Assembly (NCBI GenBank): GCA_032718475.1
Contig: JAUCBJ010003840.1
Coordinates: forward strand, 2,184 to 66,183
Reading direction: 5' to 3'
Source: Nemertoderma westbladi
Lineage: Eukaryota > Animalia > Xenacoelomorpha
Length of the DNA: 64,000 nt
Position 1 is the stretch's first letter. Every line of letters begins with the position of its first letter. The notes beneath the pieces are model-generated. The model was not told the DNA's origin. It did not search any database and saw only the letters and a program-made list of their open reading frames with translations. A program made the position numbers and the translations under genes. Below are positions 27,501 through 39,500 of the stretch, piece after piece.

Positions 27501-30500
27501 TCGTGCCAAGTCTTATGGATACTGAAGACGCTTGTGTTTACGAGGCGACAGATACAAGCTCTCGAGAAATACCGACACCAGTCGTTGTAACTCATCCTAA
27601 ATGTCACAAAGAACTTATAAACTGTTATAAAGATAAAACTTTGGATTTACAATAAAGATTGAATTATTAACCTACTGTAATACGAGTCATTTTTTTTAAA
27701 CTGCTGGCGTGCTACTATACTTGTGTCTCTATGGTCATGCTGCCATAGGGTAATTTCTCAGGAAGGGGGGGGGGGGGGGGGGTATATGGTTCACCCATTG
27801 GCTATGCTAGGGTCCCCCGAACCACCCATCGTGTGGGGGGGGGGGGGGGCAATTCCTTATGATATACTCAATATTCCTAAAATTTGTTCGTACCTACTGC
27901 ATGCATACCCCACCCAGCATACCCCACCCAGCATACCCCACCCAGCATACCCCACCCAGCATACCCCACCCAGCATACCCCACCCAGCATACCCCACCCA
28001 GCATACCCCACCCAGCATACCCCACCCAGCATACCCCACCCAGCATACCCCACCCAGCATACCCCACCCAGCATACCCCACCCAGCATACCCCACCCAGC
28101 ATACCCCACCCAGCATACCCCACCCAGCATACCCCACCCAGCATGCCCCACCCAGCATACCCCACCCAGCATACCCCACCCAGCATACCCCACCCAGCAT
28201 ACCCCACCCAGCATACCCCACCCAGCATACCCCACCCAGCATGCCCCACCCAGCATACCCCACCCAGCATACCCCACCCAGCATACCCCACCCAGCATAC
28301 CCCACCCAGCATACCCCACCCAGCATACCCCACCCAGCATACCCCACCCAGCATACCCCACCCAGCATGCCCCACCCAGCATACCCCACCCAGCATACCC
28401 CACCCAGCATACCCCACCCGACATACCCCACCCAGCATACCCCACCCAGCATACCCCACCCAACATACCCCACCCTGCATACCCCACCCAGCATACTCCA
28501 CCCAGCATACCCCACCCAGCATACCCCACCCAGCATACCCCACCCAGCATACCCCACCCAGCATACCCCACCCAGCATACCCCACCCAGCATACCCCACC
28601 CAGCATACCCCACCCAGCATACCCCACCCAGCATACCCCACCCAGCATACCCCACCCAGCATACCCCACCCAGCATACCCCACCCAGCATACCCCACCCA
28701 GCATACCCCACCCAGCATACCCCACCCAGCATACCCCACCCAGCATACCCCACCCAGCATAACCCACCCAGTATACCCCACCCAGCATAACCCACCCAGC
28801 ATACCCCACCCAGCATACCCCACCCAGTATACCCCACCCAGCATACCCCACCCAGCATACCCCACCCAGCATACCCCACCCAGCATACCCCACCCAGCAT
28901 ACCCCACCCAGCATACCCCACCCAGCATACCCCACCCAGCATACCCCACCCAGCATACCCCACCCAGCATACCCCACCCAGCATACCCCACCCAGCATAC
29001 CCCACCCAGCATACCCCACCCAGCATACCCCACCCAGCATACCCCACCCAGCATACCCCACCCAGCATACCCCACCCAGCATACCCCACCCAGCATGCCC
29101 CACCCAGCATACCCCACCCAGCATACCCCACCCAGCATACCCCACCCAGCATACCCCACCCAGCATACCCCACCCAGCATACCCCACCCAGCATGCCCCA
29201 CCCAGCATACCCCACCCAGCATACCCCACCCAGCATACCCCACCCAGCATACCCCACCCAGCATACCCCACCCAGCATACCCCACCCAGCATACCCCACC
29301 CAGCATACCCCACCCAGCATGCCCCACCCAGCATACCCCACCCAGCATACCCCACCCAGCATGCCCCACCCAGCATACCCCACCCAGCATACCCCACCCA
29401 GCATACCCCACCCGACATACCCCACCCAGCATACCCCACCCAGCATACCCCACCCAACATACCCCACCCTGCATACCCCACCCAGCATACTCCACCCAGC
29501 ATACCCCACCCAGCATACCCCACCCAGCATACCCCACCCAGCATACCCCACCCAGCATACCCCACCCAGCATACCCCACCCAGCATACCCCACCCAGCAT
29601 ACCCCACCCAGCATACCCCACCCAGCATACCCCACCCAGCATACCCCACCCAGCATACCCCACCCAGCATACCCCACCCAGCATACCCCACCCAGCATAC
29701 CCCACCCAGCATACCCCACCCAGCATACCCCACCCAGCATACCCCACCCAGCATACCCCACCCAGCATACCCCACCCAGCATACCCCACCCAGCATACCC
29801 CACCCAGCATACCCCACCCAGCATACCCCACCCAGCATACCCCACCCATACAGTTTTTGACTCTCGACCACATATTTCTATGATGCTTCAAATTCTTTAC
29901 AGAATGGAGAAAAACAAACTATTACAAATAATCGTATTCACATAATGAGTTTCTGTATTTATCATTCTTAGTGTTCAAAAGGGATCCCGATCCCGAAAAA
30001 TTGGGGTCCCGGTGAAAATATGCAATCCCGATCGCGACTTTTTGGGAACGGGATCTTGCAGCATAAATAATGTAGTAAAATTTGTTGAGGTTGGGTTGGC
30101 TGGGGTGGGGTGGGGTTGTGGAGGGCGCAAACTCGAACGTTTGGTCTGGGTCCATAATTAGGGACGCTGTTATAGATCTACTTCTCGCAATCCATAAAAA
30201 ATATAATAAAATACGTTTTTTGTCACACTGATAATCTCCTCTCTAATCAAACAAACAGGTGATTATTAATTCTAATAAGAACTCACCAGAACTCGCCATC
30301 GTCTTCGAACACCAAGCCGAACTTCCGTTTCTGCCAGGCCGACAACTGCTTCCATTGGGGACTGTCGTCGCTCCAGTCCCCAGTCCATTCCTTCTTGCCC
30401 CAGGGGTTGCGCAAGCGTACCAAATGGGTCTCTTCGTCGCCTAGAAACACATAAAAAATATAGTTACTACGGAAACAAAAGATTCCGTAATCCATATTTT

Positions 30501-33500
30501 TATAATCATTATTACTATTAATATTGTTATTATTAAACTAATAATTAATAATGCAACGTGAAAATTATGAGAATTTATTAATCTAATAACACTGAAACAA
30601 AGAAATCGGAGGATGTCTAAAAGAAAATAATGGCCCCAAAATGGCCAAAGTGCCTTTTTGCGCCAAAGGCTATTTCTCCACTAATATTTGTTGAAATTTA
30701 GAATATAAGATCAGAAGACCCCTGCATCCAATTCTTCCGAAAAAATTTGGTTACAAATGCTCTTTTACAACAAGAAGACCCAAAGAAATGGGCTATTTTT
30801 GGGCCTTTTTGATCTAAAAAAGCACCAGAGAACTTTCAGCTAAAGTCGATGTTTAGAAGAAGTATGGAGAAAGGTAGTCTTAATAAATGTACCAAATTTC
30901 AACTCATTTCAGTTAAAATTGGCGGAGAAATAGCCTTTTCCATGAAAAAACGTCATTCTGAGATTTGGGTGTTTAAAGTTTAAGGAACAATAATTCAAAC
31001 CTTCCCGCTATTTTAGATAATACCATTTTTATATGTTCAACAATAACTTTGTCAAAAATGAATGAAATTCAACGGAATTGTTTATTTTTTCACTTTTTAG
31101 CAATTTTTTTCATATTTGTACCGTGAGAGCCTTTTTTTATGAAAAAGGCCCCGTACAATTGTAAAATATAGTGCTGCTCGAAGGCTTGTCAAAAATCAGA
31201 ATGAAGGAACAAGCAACCACCATGGCATTATGAAATTAGGATGAAAATCCTAATAAAAGTGATCCTAATAATCCGAAAGTTCTTTTTTTTACTTTTATAT
31301 GTGCTGAACGATAAACGAAATGAAATAAAAAACATGTGCAGTTATAAAATGTAAATATATGAGTAATGGTGTAGAATAGATAAAAAAGTGTACGTTAGTA
31401 ATATTCACGCCGAACCATTCTTCTCCAGGACTACACTAACACCATTAACACACTAATGACTAAAATTAACTCTGAATGTTCAAAGTGAAACATTTCCATC
31501 TCATTTTGTAACCGTCCCGTCGCTGTTTACCAATTAAGCCCACCCTAACTTACCAGTATCTTGTTTGATTTTGTTTAAGCCAGTAATCCCATAGGCGTGG
31601 CCCTTAACTAAACCCATGTCGGTTACAGCTTCCATCTCTTCCTTGGATTCAACCTGCATTAAACAACGAGGTTGCAGCTATTAGATTATTAACTCCTTTT
31701 TCTATAAATATTTTTAGAATTGAATCATTTAAAATTAACAAGAAAAAAGTTTATCAAAATTGCTGCAGGAAATAAAGGGAAATAAAATGGCATATAGGGC
31801 AACTAGGCACGGTTTTGGTATCCGTAAGCTCTTACGTACTTCGTCGCGGGGTGGCCCCATGAACGTGTTCTGATTGGTCAATTAATTTAATGCTGCGAAC
31901 GGTTCTATTGTTGTACCAATTAATTATTGTAAACTTCCCATTTCTGGGGTGGGGGATCGCATTTCAACACATTTACAAAACAAATACGCACGCACCGTTA
32001 TAGAACAGGAAAGCAAAGCCTTTCGCTCAATATCCTTCGTCATACGTTTCCATAGCACCGCCTGAAAGCCAACATCGTTGGAAATATTATCTTTAGAGAG
32101 ATCGTAAGATTCGCAAACACCCCCCGTAAAATCGGCGAGAGCGTCTGCCGTATTGCCGCCGGATAACGCTTCGTAACTACCATTCAACCTTTATAATCAC
32201 AAAATATTTCTAGATCTATGTATTACTCTTCTATAATTACCCCGTGTTTGCGTGTTTCATAATTTTTTGAATTTTCGATGTTCCCTGGACCCGGAAACTA
32301 TATTGTACAGTTCTGATTCTGCTCAGGGGATGTATTTATTTACACCAAAAACTGAAAGTGAATTCTACTGTGAATCCTTATACTGTGAATTCTAGTGAAT
32401 CCTTAAAGATTTGTCCTGCTGCGATCATACGAAATCTTTCACCAACATGCATATTAGTTCATTGTACCACTTCCGGTTGTCGCTTCATTAGTCGGGAGGT
32501 CATAGGGCTCTGGTGATTGGTTGATATTCACAGACGTGAGTCATCTTGAATCGAAATGATTGTGTGCGAGTTTTCCACGCTGTAAATTCCATATTCTGAC
32601 CCAAAAATACCACTAATAAAAACAGTAAATTTGTGAAAGTATTCTAAATTACAGAATGAAAATGTTACAGATTCTTAGAAATAATAATAATATTATTAAA
32701 TATAAATAATAATAACAAATACAACTTTCAATATCACTAAACATTTGTATTTTTTATTATTTTATTTGTATTAAGTACAATAAAAAGTAAAGTGATTGGT
32801 GAACGTGTGGTACAAGAAAAACCCGAGGAAATCTGAAGGATCCTATCCCTTGGCTGTTACCTAGAAGGCAGGGTGAGCGCCACACTAACTCCCAAGGGTA
32901 TACACTCTATAACTATCCCTTACTCCTCTAGCAGAAGCCAGGTTGCCTATTGTACCGTTGGGTTTGCGTAAGCGCTAACTGTCTAAAGTGTCATGTATTT
33001 GGACATAAACAGTGCAAAATTTATAAGGTCTACGTTCTAAGGCTGTATCCACTCACTCGAACATGGCGACACTTTGTACAATTATTATGGATTAAAGTCC
33101 CACTCGCTTCCCTCCAATAATAAACCAACCACCTATAATGTCCCCACCCTTACTTTGCGTAAGCTTTCTCCAGTAAGGCGCTCCAGTATTCCAACCACCC
33201 ATAATGTCCCCACCCTTACTTTGCGTAAGCTTTCTCCAGTAAGGCGCTCCAGTATTCCAACCACCCCTAATGTCCCAAACCCTTACTTTGCGTAAGCTTT
33301 CTCCAGTAAGGCGCTCCAGTATTCCAACCACCCCTAATGTCCCAAACCCTTACTTTGCGTAAGCTTTCTCCAGTAAAGCACTCCAGTATTCCCCCTTATC
33401 TTTGCTGTGTACGTATATGAGTTTGCGGTTCACTGTAGGCAACCGATCGTCGACGCACACATCCAACCACGATCCCATCCTCCAGAAACGAAACCGAAAG

Positions 33501-36500
33501 ATTCCACAATATCCATCTGTGTTCCATTCTTGTTCTTTGGCATCTGATAAAAACAAAAGGAGTGCTGTTACTAAGAGACCGATCATTATAATTACGTCAC
33601 GATGCTGTTACTAAGAGGTCGATTATTATAATTACGTCACGATGATGTTACTAAGAGGCCGTTCATTATAATTACGTCACGGTATTTCAGATATTCCTCG
33701 AGTGTATCGAGTTGGAAACATGGGGGGAAACTGGACGCAAAGCCCGCCTTGGCGATTTAATATCCTGCCTCAATGTTAAATTCTCAATGTAGGGAAAGGA
33801 GCAGGTTACAGTGATAACCAAACAATAAACTAAACACAATAGAACAGGTTACAGTTTTATTTTTGGGAGTAATCAGCTGTTATTTGCGTCGAATTTCCCC
33901 TGGAGAGGGATGCATTTTTATTGCGTCCAGTTCCCCTCCCTCTCTGTTGAGTTGAGTTTAACTAAAAACCTACCAACTCGTTTAAACTCTTCGGTTTTTT
34001 TCTTCAATACGCTTAATTAATATTCTAGAATTTAGTAAAAAAAATAGAATTACACCATAACCCTTAATACAACAACCATTTTTAACCTAATTTTTTTTCA
34101 AATTTCAATCAAATGCTACGAAATTTTGTATGATGATAGATCGGCACCTTTTCTTACTGCTCTGGCCTGGACGGATTTTTCAATTTCTCATTTATTTCCA
34201 TACAACAAGTCCTAAAAAATGTCTATTTAGCAATGTTTAACCACCTCCGTAGACTTTATTTTACGTCTTTGAAATGTAATCTAGATATCATTACAACCGC
34301 CGTCGTCTGTAGATTCCGAATCTAAAAACCGTTTTAAATTTAACCAAAAATTGGTAAAGATATTATCAAAATACTAATGTGTAAATTTAGAGACGTAAAT
34401 CGCTATAATTCTAATGTTTTGTTGTCTTTATTCTAGAATATTAATTATTATTTAGCTGAGCGTTTATAACTCTCCATCTTGTTTTTTCATTACCCTTAAT
34501 TAATATTCTAGAATTGAGTAAAAAAAACATTATAATTATAACGATTTACGTCACAAAATTTACACCTTAGTATTTTGATAATATCTCCGGAAGTTCTTGG
34601 TGAAATTTACAACGTATTTCAGATTCGGAATCTGCAGATGAAGGCGGTTCTAATGATATCTAGATTACATTCCATAGACGAAAAATAATGCTGACGGAGG
34701 TGGCTAAATATTGCGAAATAGACGATTTTTAACGGCTCGTTGTATCGAAATAGCTCATGAATTAAAAAATCCGGCCAGGCCACCAGTAAGAAAAGATGTC
34801 ATCATAGCAAATTTCGTAGCATTTTATTGAAATTTGAAAAAAATTTGAGGGGGGGGGGCTCCGACCCCCTAAAAATGGTTGTTGTATTAAGGGTTATGGT
34901 GTATAGCGATTTACACCTTTGGATTTTGTCAATAATACTAGAAATTTTCTCGGAATCTGCAGATGAAGACGGTTGCTATATATCTAGATTATGTTCAAAA
35001 ATGGAAAAATAAAACCGATAGAGGTGGTTAAAAAGTGGTAAATAGACATGTTTAACGGCTTGTTGCAATGAAAATAATTTGAAAATTGAAAAATTCGGGC
35101 CAGGCCAGTCCAGTAGTAAGAAAGAGTGCCAAACTTCATTAATAGTTGAAGTTGAAGCTTAAGTAACCAAATTACGAATTATATTTATTTATTTATCAAG
35201 CACAAAACCTTAACGGTAGGTGTATTAGTTTTCTAAGTATGTAAAAAAAACTAAAAAGCAACAAGACGTTGCGCAATCAGGGATCAGCTGATCGGTAGGT
35301 TTCGCCCCGCAGCTGAAGGCATTCTCAGGAAGCCAAACCCAGAAATGTAAAGAGAAATTCACAAAGGGAGACGGAACGGGTATTGAAATGAAGAGAGAGG
35401 ACTGTAAGGTAGGTAACTAACCACTGGGAAGCAGCACCACAAACTTGCGCCAATCACGTTTCAGCTTGTTGATAACGGGCTTGCGTGTTTGAATGTAATA
35501 CATTTCAAGCTTTTGCAATACTGGCCGCAATAGGTGTCTCGCAATAAATTTGAAATGCTTAAACAATTCACGCCTGTCAGTCAGCCAGTATTGGGCTCGC
35601 CGCGGTGAGTCATGATGTGGTTGTGCACAGTCTTGCCCTGTTCGCTCCCATCCTTTGCCGTCCTATCCTGGTGCTGTCTACAGCGTTCAAACAAGTGTTG
35701 GATGGTGTGTCAAACATTATTCCCCCTTACAAGAGGGACAAGAGATAATTTGAAAATTGAAAAATATGGCCAGGCCAGTAGTAAGAAAAAGAGTGCCAAA
35801 GTTGATAAATAGCATGACAACAATAGTTAGGCCTAATAATAATAACAATCGTCTTATTTGGGGTACATCTCCCGCCCCGAACTTCGGGTGTACTATTTTG
35901 ATTTTAAGTGGCAAGTTCGCTGAGTCGGAACATAAGTTACAATTAGGCCTTCTAACACTATACTGGTATAATTAATTATAAATAATAAATATCAGAATAC
36001 AGCTGAGAGAGTGAGAGTGCATAATACTGTAATAATCAGTTTGTAATACTGTTAGTGGCTGCTACGACTAAAAGAAATTGTTAGCATCTACAAGGGTGTA
36101 TGTACAGAACAGAGGGTGTACATTGTACATCGTTAGGGATACAATCAGAGAATGACGACGCCGGTATACGACACGCTCAGACTTTATATCACAGGGACCC
36201 ATTTCTACGTCCACCCGGAGGACCCCCTAGTAAAGGAGATCCTGCTTATTGATAGGGTCTCCGGTAACATATCGCTAGTCAAGGAGGAAACCTCCAGATT
36301 CATCCCGGGCCACGCGATCCAACGACTAATCTACGGGATAATGGGCGTCGTGAGGCTCCTTGCCGGACCCTACCTCGTTGTGATCACCGAGCGAGTAAAA
36401 GTCGGCGAAATCGACGGACACAATATATGGAAGGTGGGAGCAACCGAAATATTCTCATACCTACGAATTATTCGACATTTAGACGATCAACAACTGCAAG

Positions 36501-39500
36501 ATAACGATTCATACTACTCTATGATCGACATGATCTTACAAGAGAACTCGTTCTACTTTAGTTCGAGTTATGATCTCACACACACGATGCAGCGTTACCA
36601 TAACGCGTCGTCAGAGTTCGAGTTAATGGGACTGTTAGAACGCGCGGACCAGCGGTTTGTGTGGAACTCCGGGTTGCTACGGGATTTAGCGAGTCACGGC
36701 GGACTACACCGATACCTACTCCCGGTGATGTGCGGCTTCGTGTCCATCCGAAGTTGCTCTGTGGGCGGGAGGCGGTTCGTGTGGGCGCTGGTCTCGAGGT
36801 TGGCGTGGTTGCGCGCCGGCGCGCGGTACTACATGCGCGGCTTGGACCAGGACGGGAACGCCGCCAACTACGTGGAGACCGAACAGATCGTGGAATACTC
36901 GAGAAACTGTTGCAGCTTCGTGCAGACTCGGGGTTCGATACCGTTGTACTGGTCGCAGTGTCCCAACCTCTGGTACAAACCGGTCCCTTTGTTAGCCGAC
37001 CCAGAGGACCAGACGGCCGGATTCGGTAGACACTTCGACGAACAATTCTACCGTTACGGGAAACAAACAATCGTTAATCTCGTAGACAATAAAGGCAAAG
37101 AGAAGATTCTGAACGGGGCATTCGAGAGAACTGTTGAAAGGAGTCGGAACAAATACCCAGGACTTTCTTACGAATATTTCGACTTTCATAAGGAGTGTAG
37201 CCAACTGCGATGGGGTCGTTTGTCTATTCTTATCGACCGTCTCGAGCCCCAGAGACTCTCTCACGGATACTTCCACGTGACTCGAGATGGAACCCACGTT
37301 AGAAAACAGACCGGAGTGTTCCGCACCAACTGCATCGACTGTCTGGACCGCACCAACGTGGTGCAGAGCCTCGTGGCTAAACGCAGTCTCGCGCAGCAAC
37401 TGGTCGCCTTGGGGGTCATCAGCGAGTTCGGGGTGGTTGACGAGTTGGAAGAGATGGACCGGGTCTACAAATCGGTCTGGGCGGACAACGCGGACACCTG
37501 CGCTCGACACTACACCGGCACGGGGGCCCTCAAGACGGACTACACGCGGACGGGGAAACGCACCGTGCTGGGGGCCCTCAAGGACGGGTGGAACTCCAGC
37601 ATACGATACTACAAGAACAACTTCACTGACGGTTATAAACAGGACGCGATAGACCTGTTCCTGGGCAACTACGTGGTCACGGGGACAGAGGGTGTGGGGA
37701 ACGTTCCCTCCCCGTTGCGTTCCGCTCCCACCAGACTCCAGGTCATCCTTCCGCTGCTCCTCATCGTCTCTCTTGCCGTACTCATCGTCATCTTCCTTCT
37801 CCCCTCTTCCGACCTCCGTCTCCAGTACGGACACGTCCTCTTCTGGACTCTCATCATCGTCTCTTCGGTTTATCTTATCCTCCGAAACGGTTACGAGTTT
37901 GTCGACCGACCCCGGTTAGTAATTCGTCCGGAACTCAACGTCGTTGTCTAACCGTTAAGATTCCTAACTAACTCTCGCCTTACTCTAATAGAATTCCAGT
38001 TTGTTTCTTTCTAGAATACTTCAGATCGTTGTTACATTTCCTCTTACTAGTTTCCGCCTATAATTTCCGTAAGTATTCCACCCCCCGCTCTCACCCCCTA
38101 ATTAATTATGCAATGTTAATTTGACGGCTGGATATTTTTTTGTTGCTAATTTAATTATTGTGGGAATTAAAAGATACGACATAATTGAACCAACATAATA
38201 TAGATGATTATTTAATTCAATACAATGTTACTACAACCACACTGTCTAGAGTCTACCACACTATCTACCACACCTACCACACTATCTACTGTATTTCATT
38301 TTAGACTTAATTGTAGCAAAAATTATTTTCAACAAGAATATTATTTATGGGATTTTGAGTTGATTTGTGTTTAATGGTGCAATTTTATTTAGATAATAAA
38401 TGTGAGTCTATTAGTTAAATGGTTTATTGCTGGGCGATATTTGTAGTGGCATTGACGTTGCTATTTGTGTTTAAACTATTTACTATCTATATGCTAGTAT
38501 TGATTGAGTGTGCTTTAAATTAAATATTATAATAGAGAAGCGGCAATAATAATAACATTGTCATTTAAACAAACCTTCACTTGTTTCCTAGGTTACCCCT
38601 GCCACTCACTGTCGGCAGTCTAGGAGTCGAGCAGAATTCCGGTTCCGGTTACCGGAACCGGAATTAAATAAAAATATCGAGAGTAACAATTTTTTAATAA
38701 GGGTTGTATATTTATTTTTTCCTATAAATGTTCTAGAGCAAAAAACATGTGTTCTAGAATAAAAATATTCATAAAAATTGATAGCTATCACATCTTCTAT
38801 AATATTTTTTACTCTCGATATTTTTACTCTCGATATTTTTACTATCGATATTTTTACTATCGATATGTTTACTCTCGCTCGATATTTTTACTCTCGCTCG
38901 ATATTTTTCATGTCTCGATATTTTTTAATATAACCGGTTTTTCACGTCCGTGTGAGCCCCCACGCTTTTTCACGTCCATGTGAGCCCACACCTTTAAACG
39001 TACACGTCCATGTGAGCCCAACCGCTTTTTCACGTCCATGTGAGCCCCACGCTTATACTTACACGTCCATGTGAGCCCAACCGCTTTTTCACGTCCATGT
39101 GAGCCCACACGCTTAAACTTACACGTCCATGTGAGCCCACACGCTTAAACTTACACGTCCATGTGAGCCCCACGCTTATATTTACACGTCCGTGTGAGCC
39201 CCCACGCCTTTTCACGTCCATGTGAGCCCACACCTTTAAACGTACACGTCCATGTGAGCCCAACCGCTTTTTCACGTCCATGTGAGCCCCACGCTTATAC
39301 TTACACGTCCATGTGAGCCCAACCGCTTTTTCACGTCCATGTGAGCCCACACGCTTAAACTTACACGTCCATGTGAGCCCACACGCTTAAACTTACACGT
39401 CCATGTGAGCCCCACGCTTATATTTACACGTCCGTGTGAGCCCCCACGCCTTTTCACGTCCATGTGAGCCCACACCTTTAAACTTACACGTCCATGTGAG

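Noticed and set aside
27723-29945. Pro/His-rich and Gly/Trp-rich ORFs up to 674 aa
   Set aside because: Translations of an intronic 14-bp satellite; open in nearly all frames.
36576-37919. Overlapping alternative-frame and antisense ORFs within SAC1
   Set aside because: Expected shadow ORFs of a GC-rich coding sequence.
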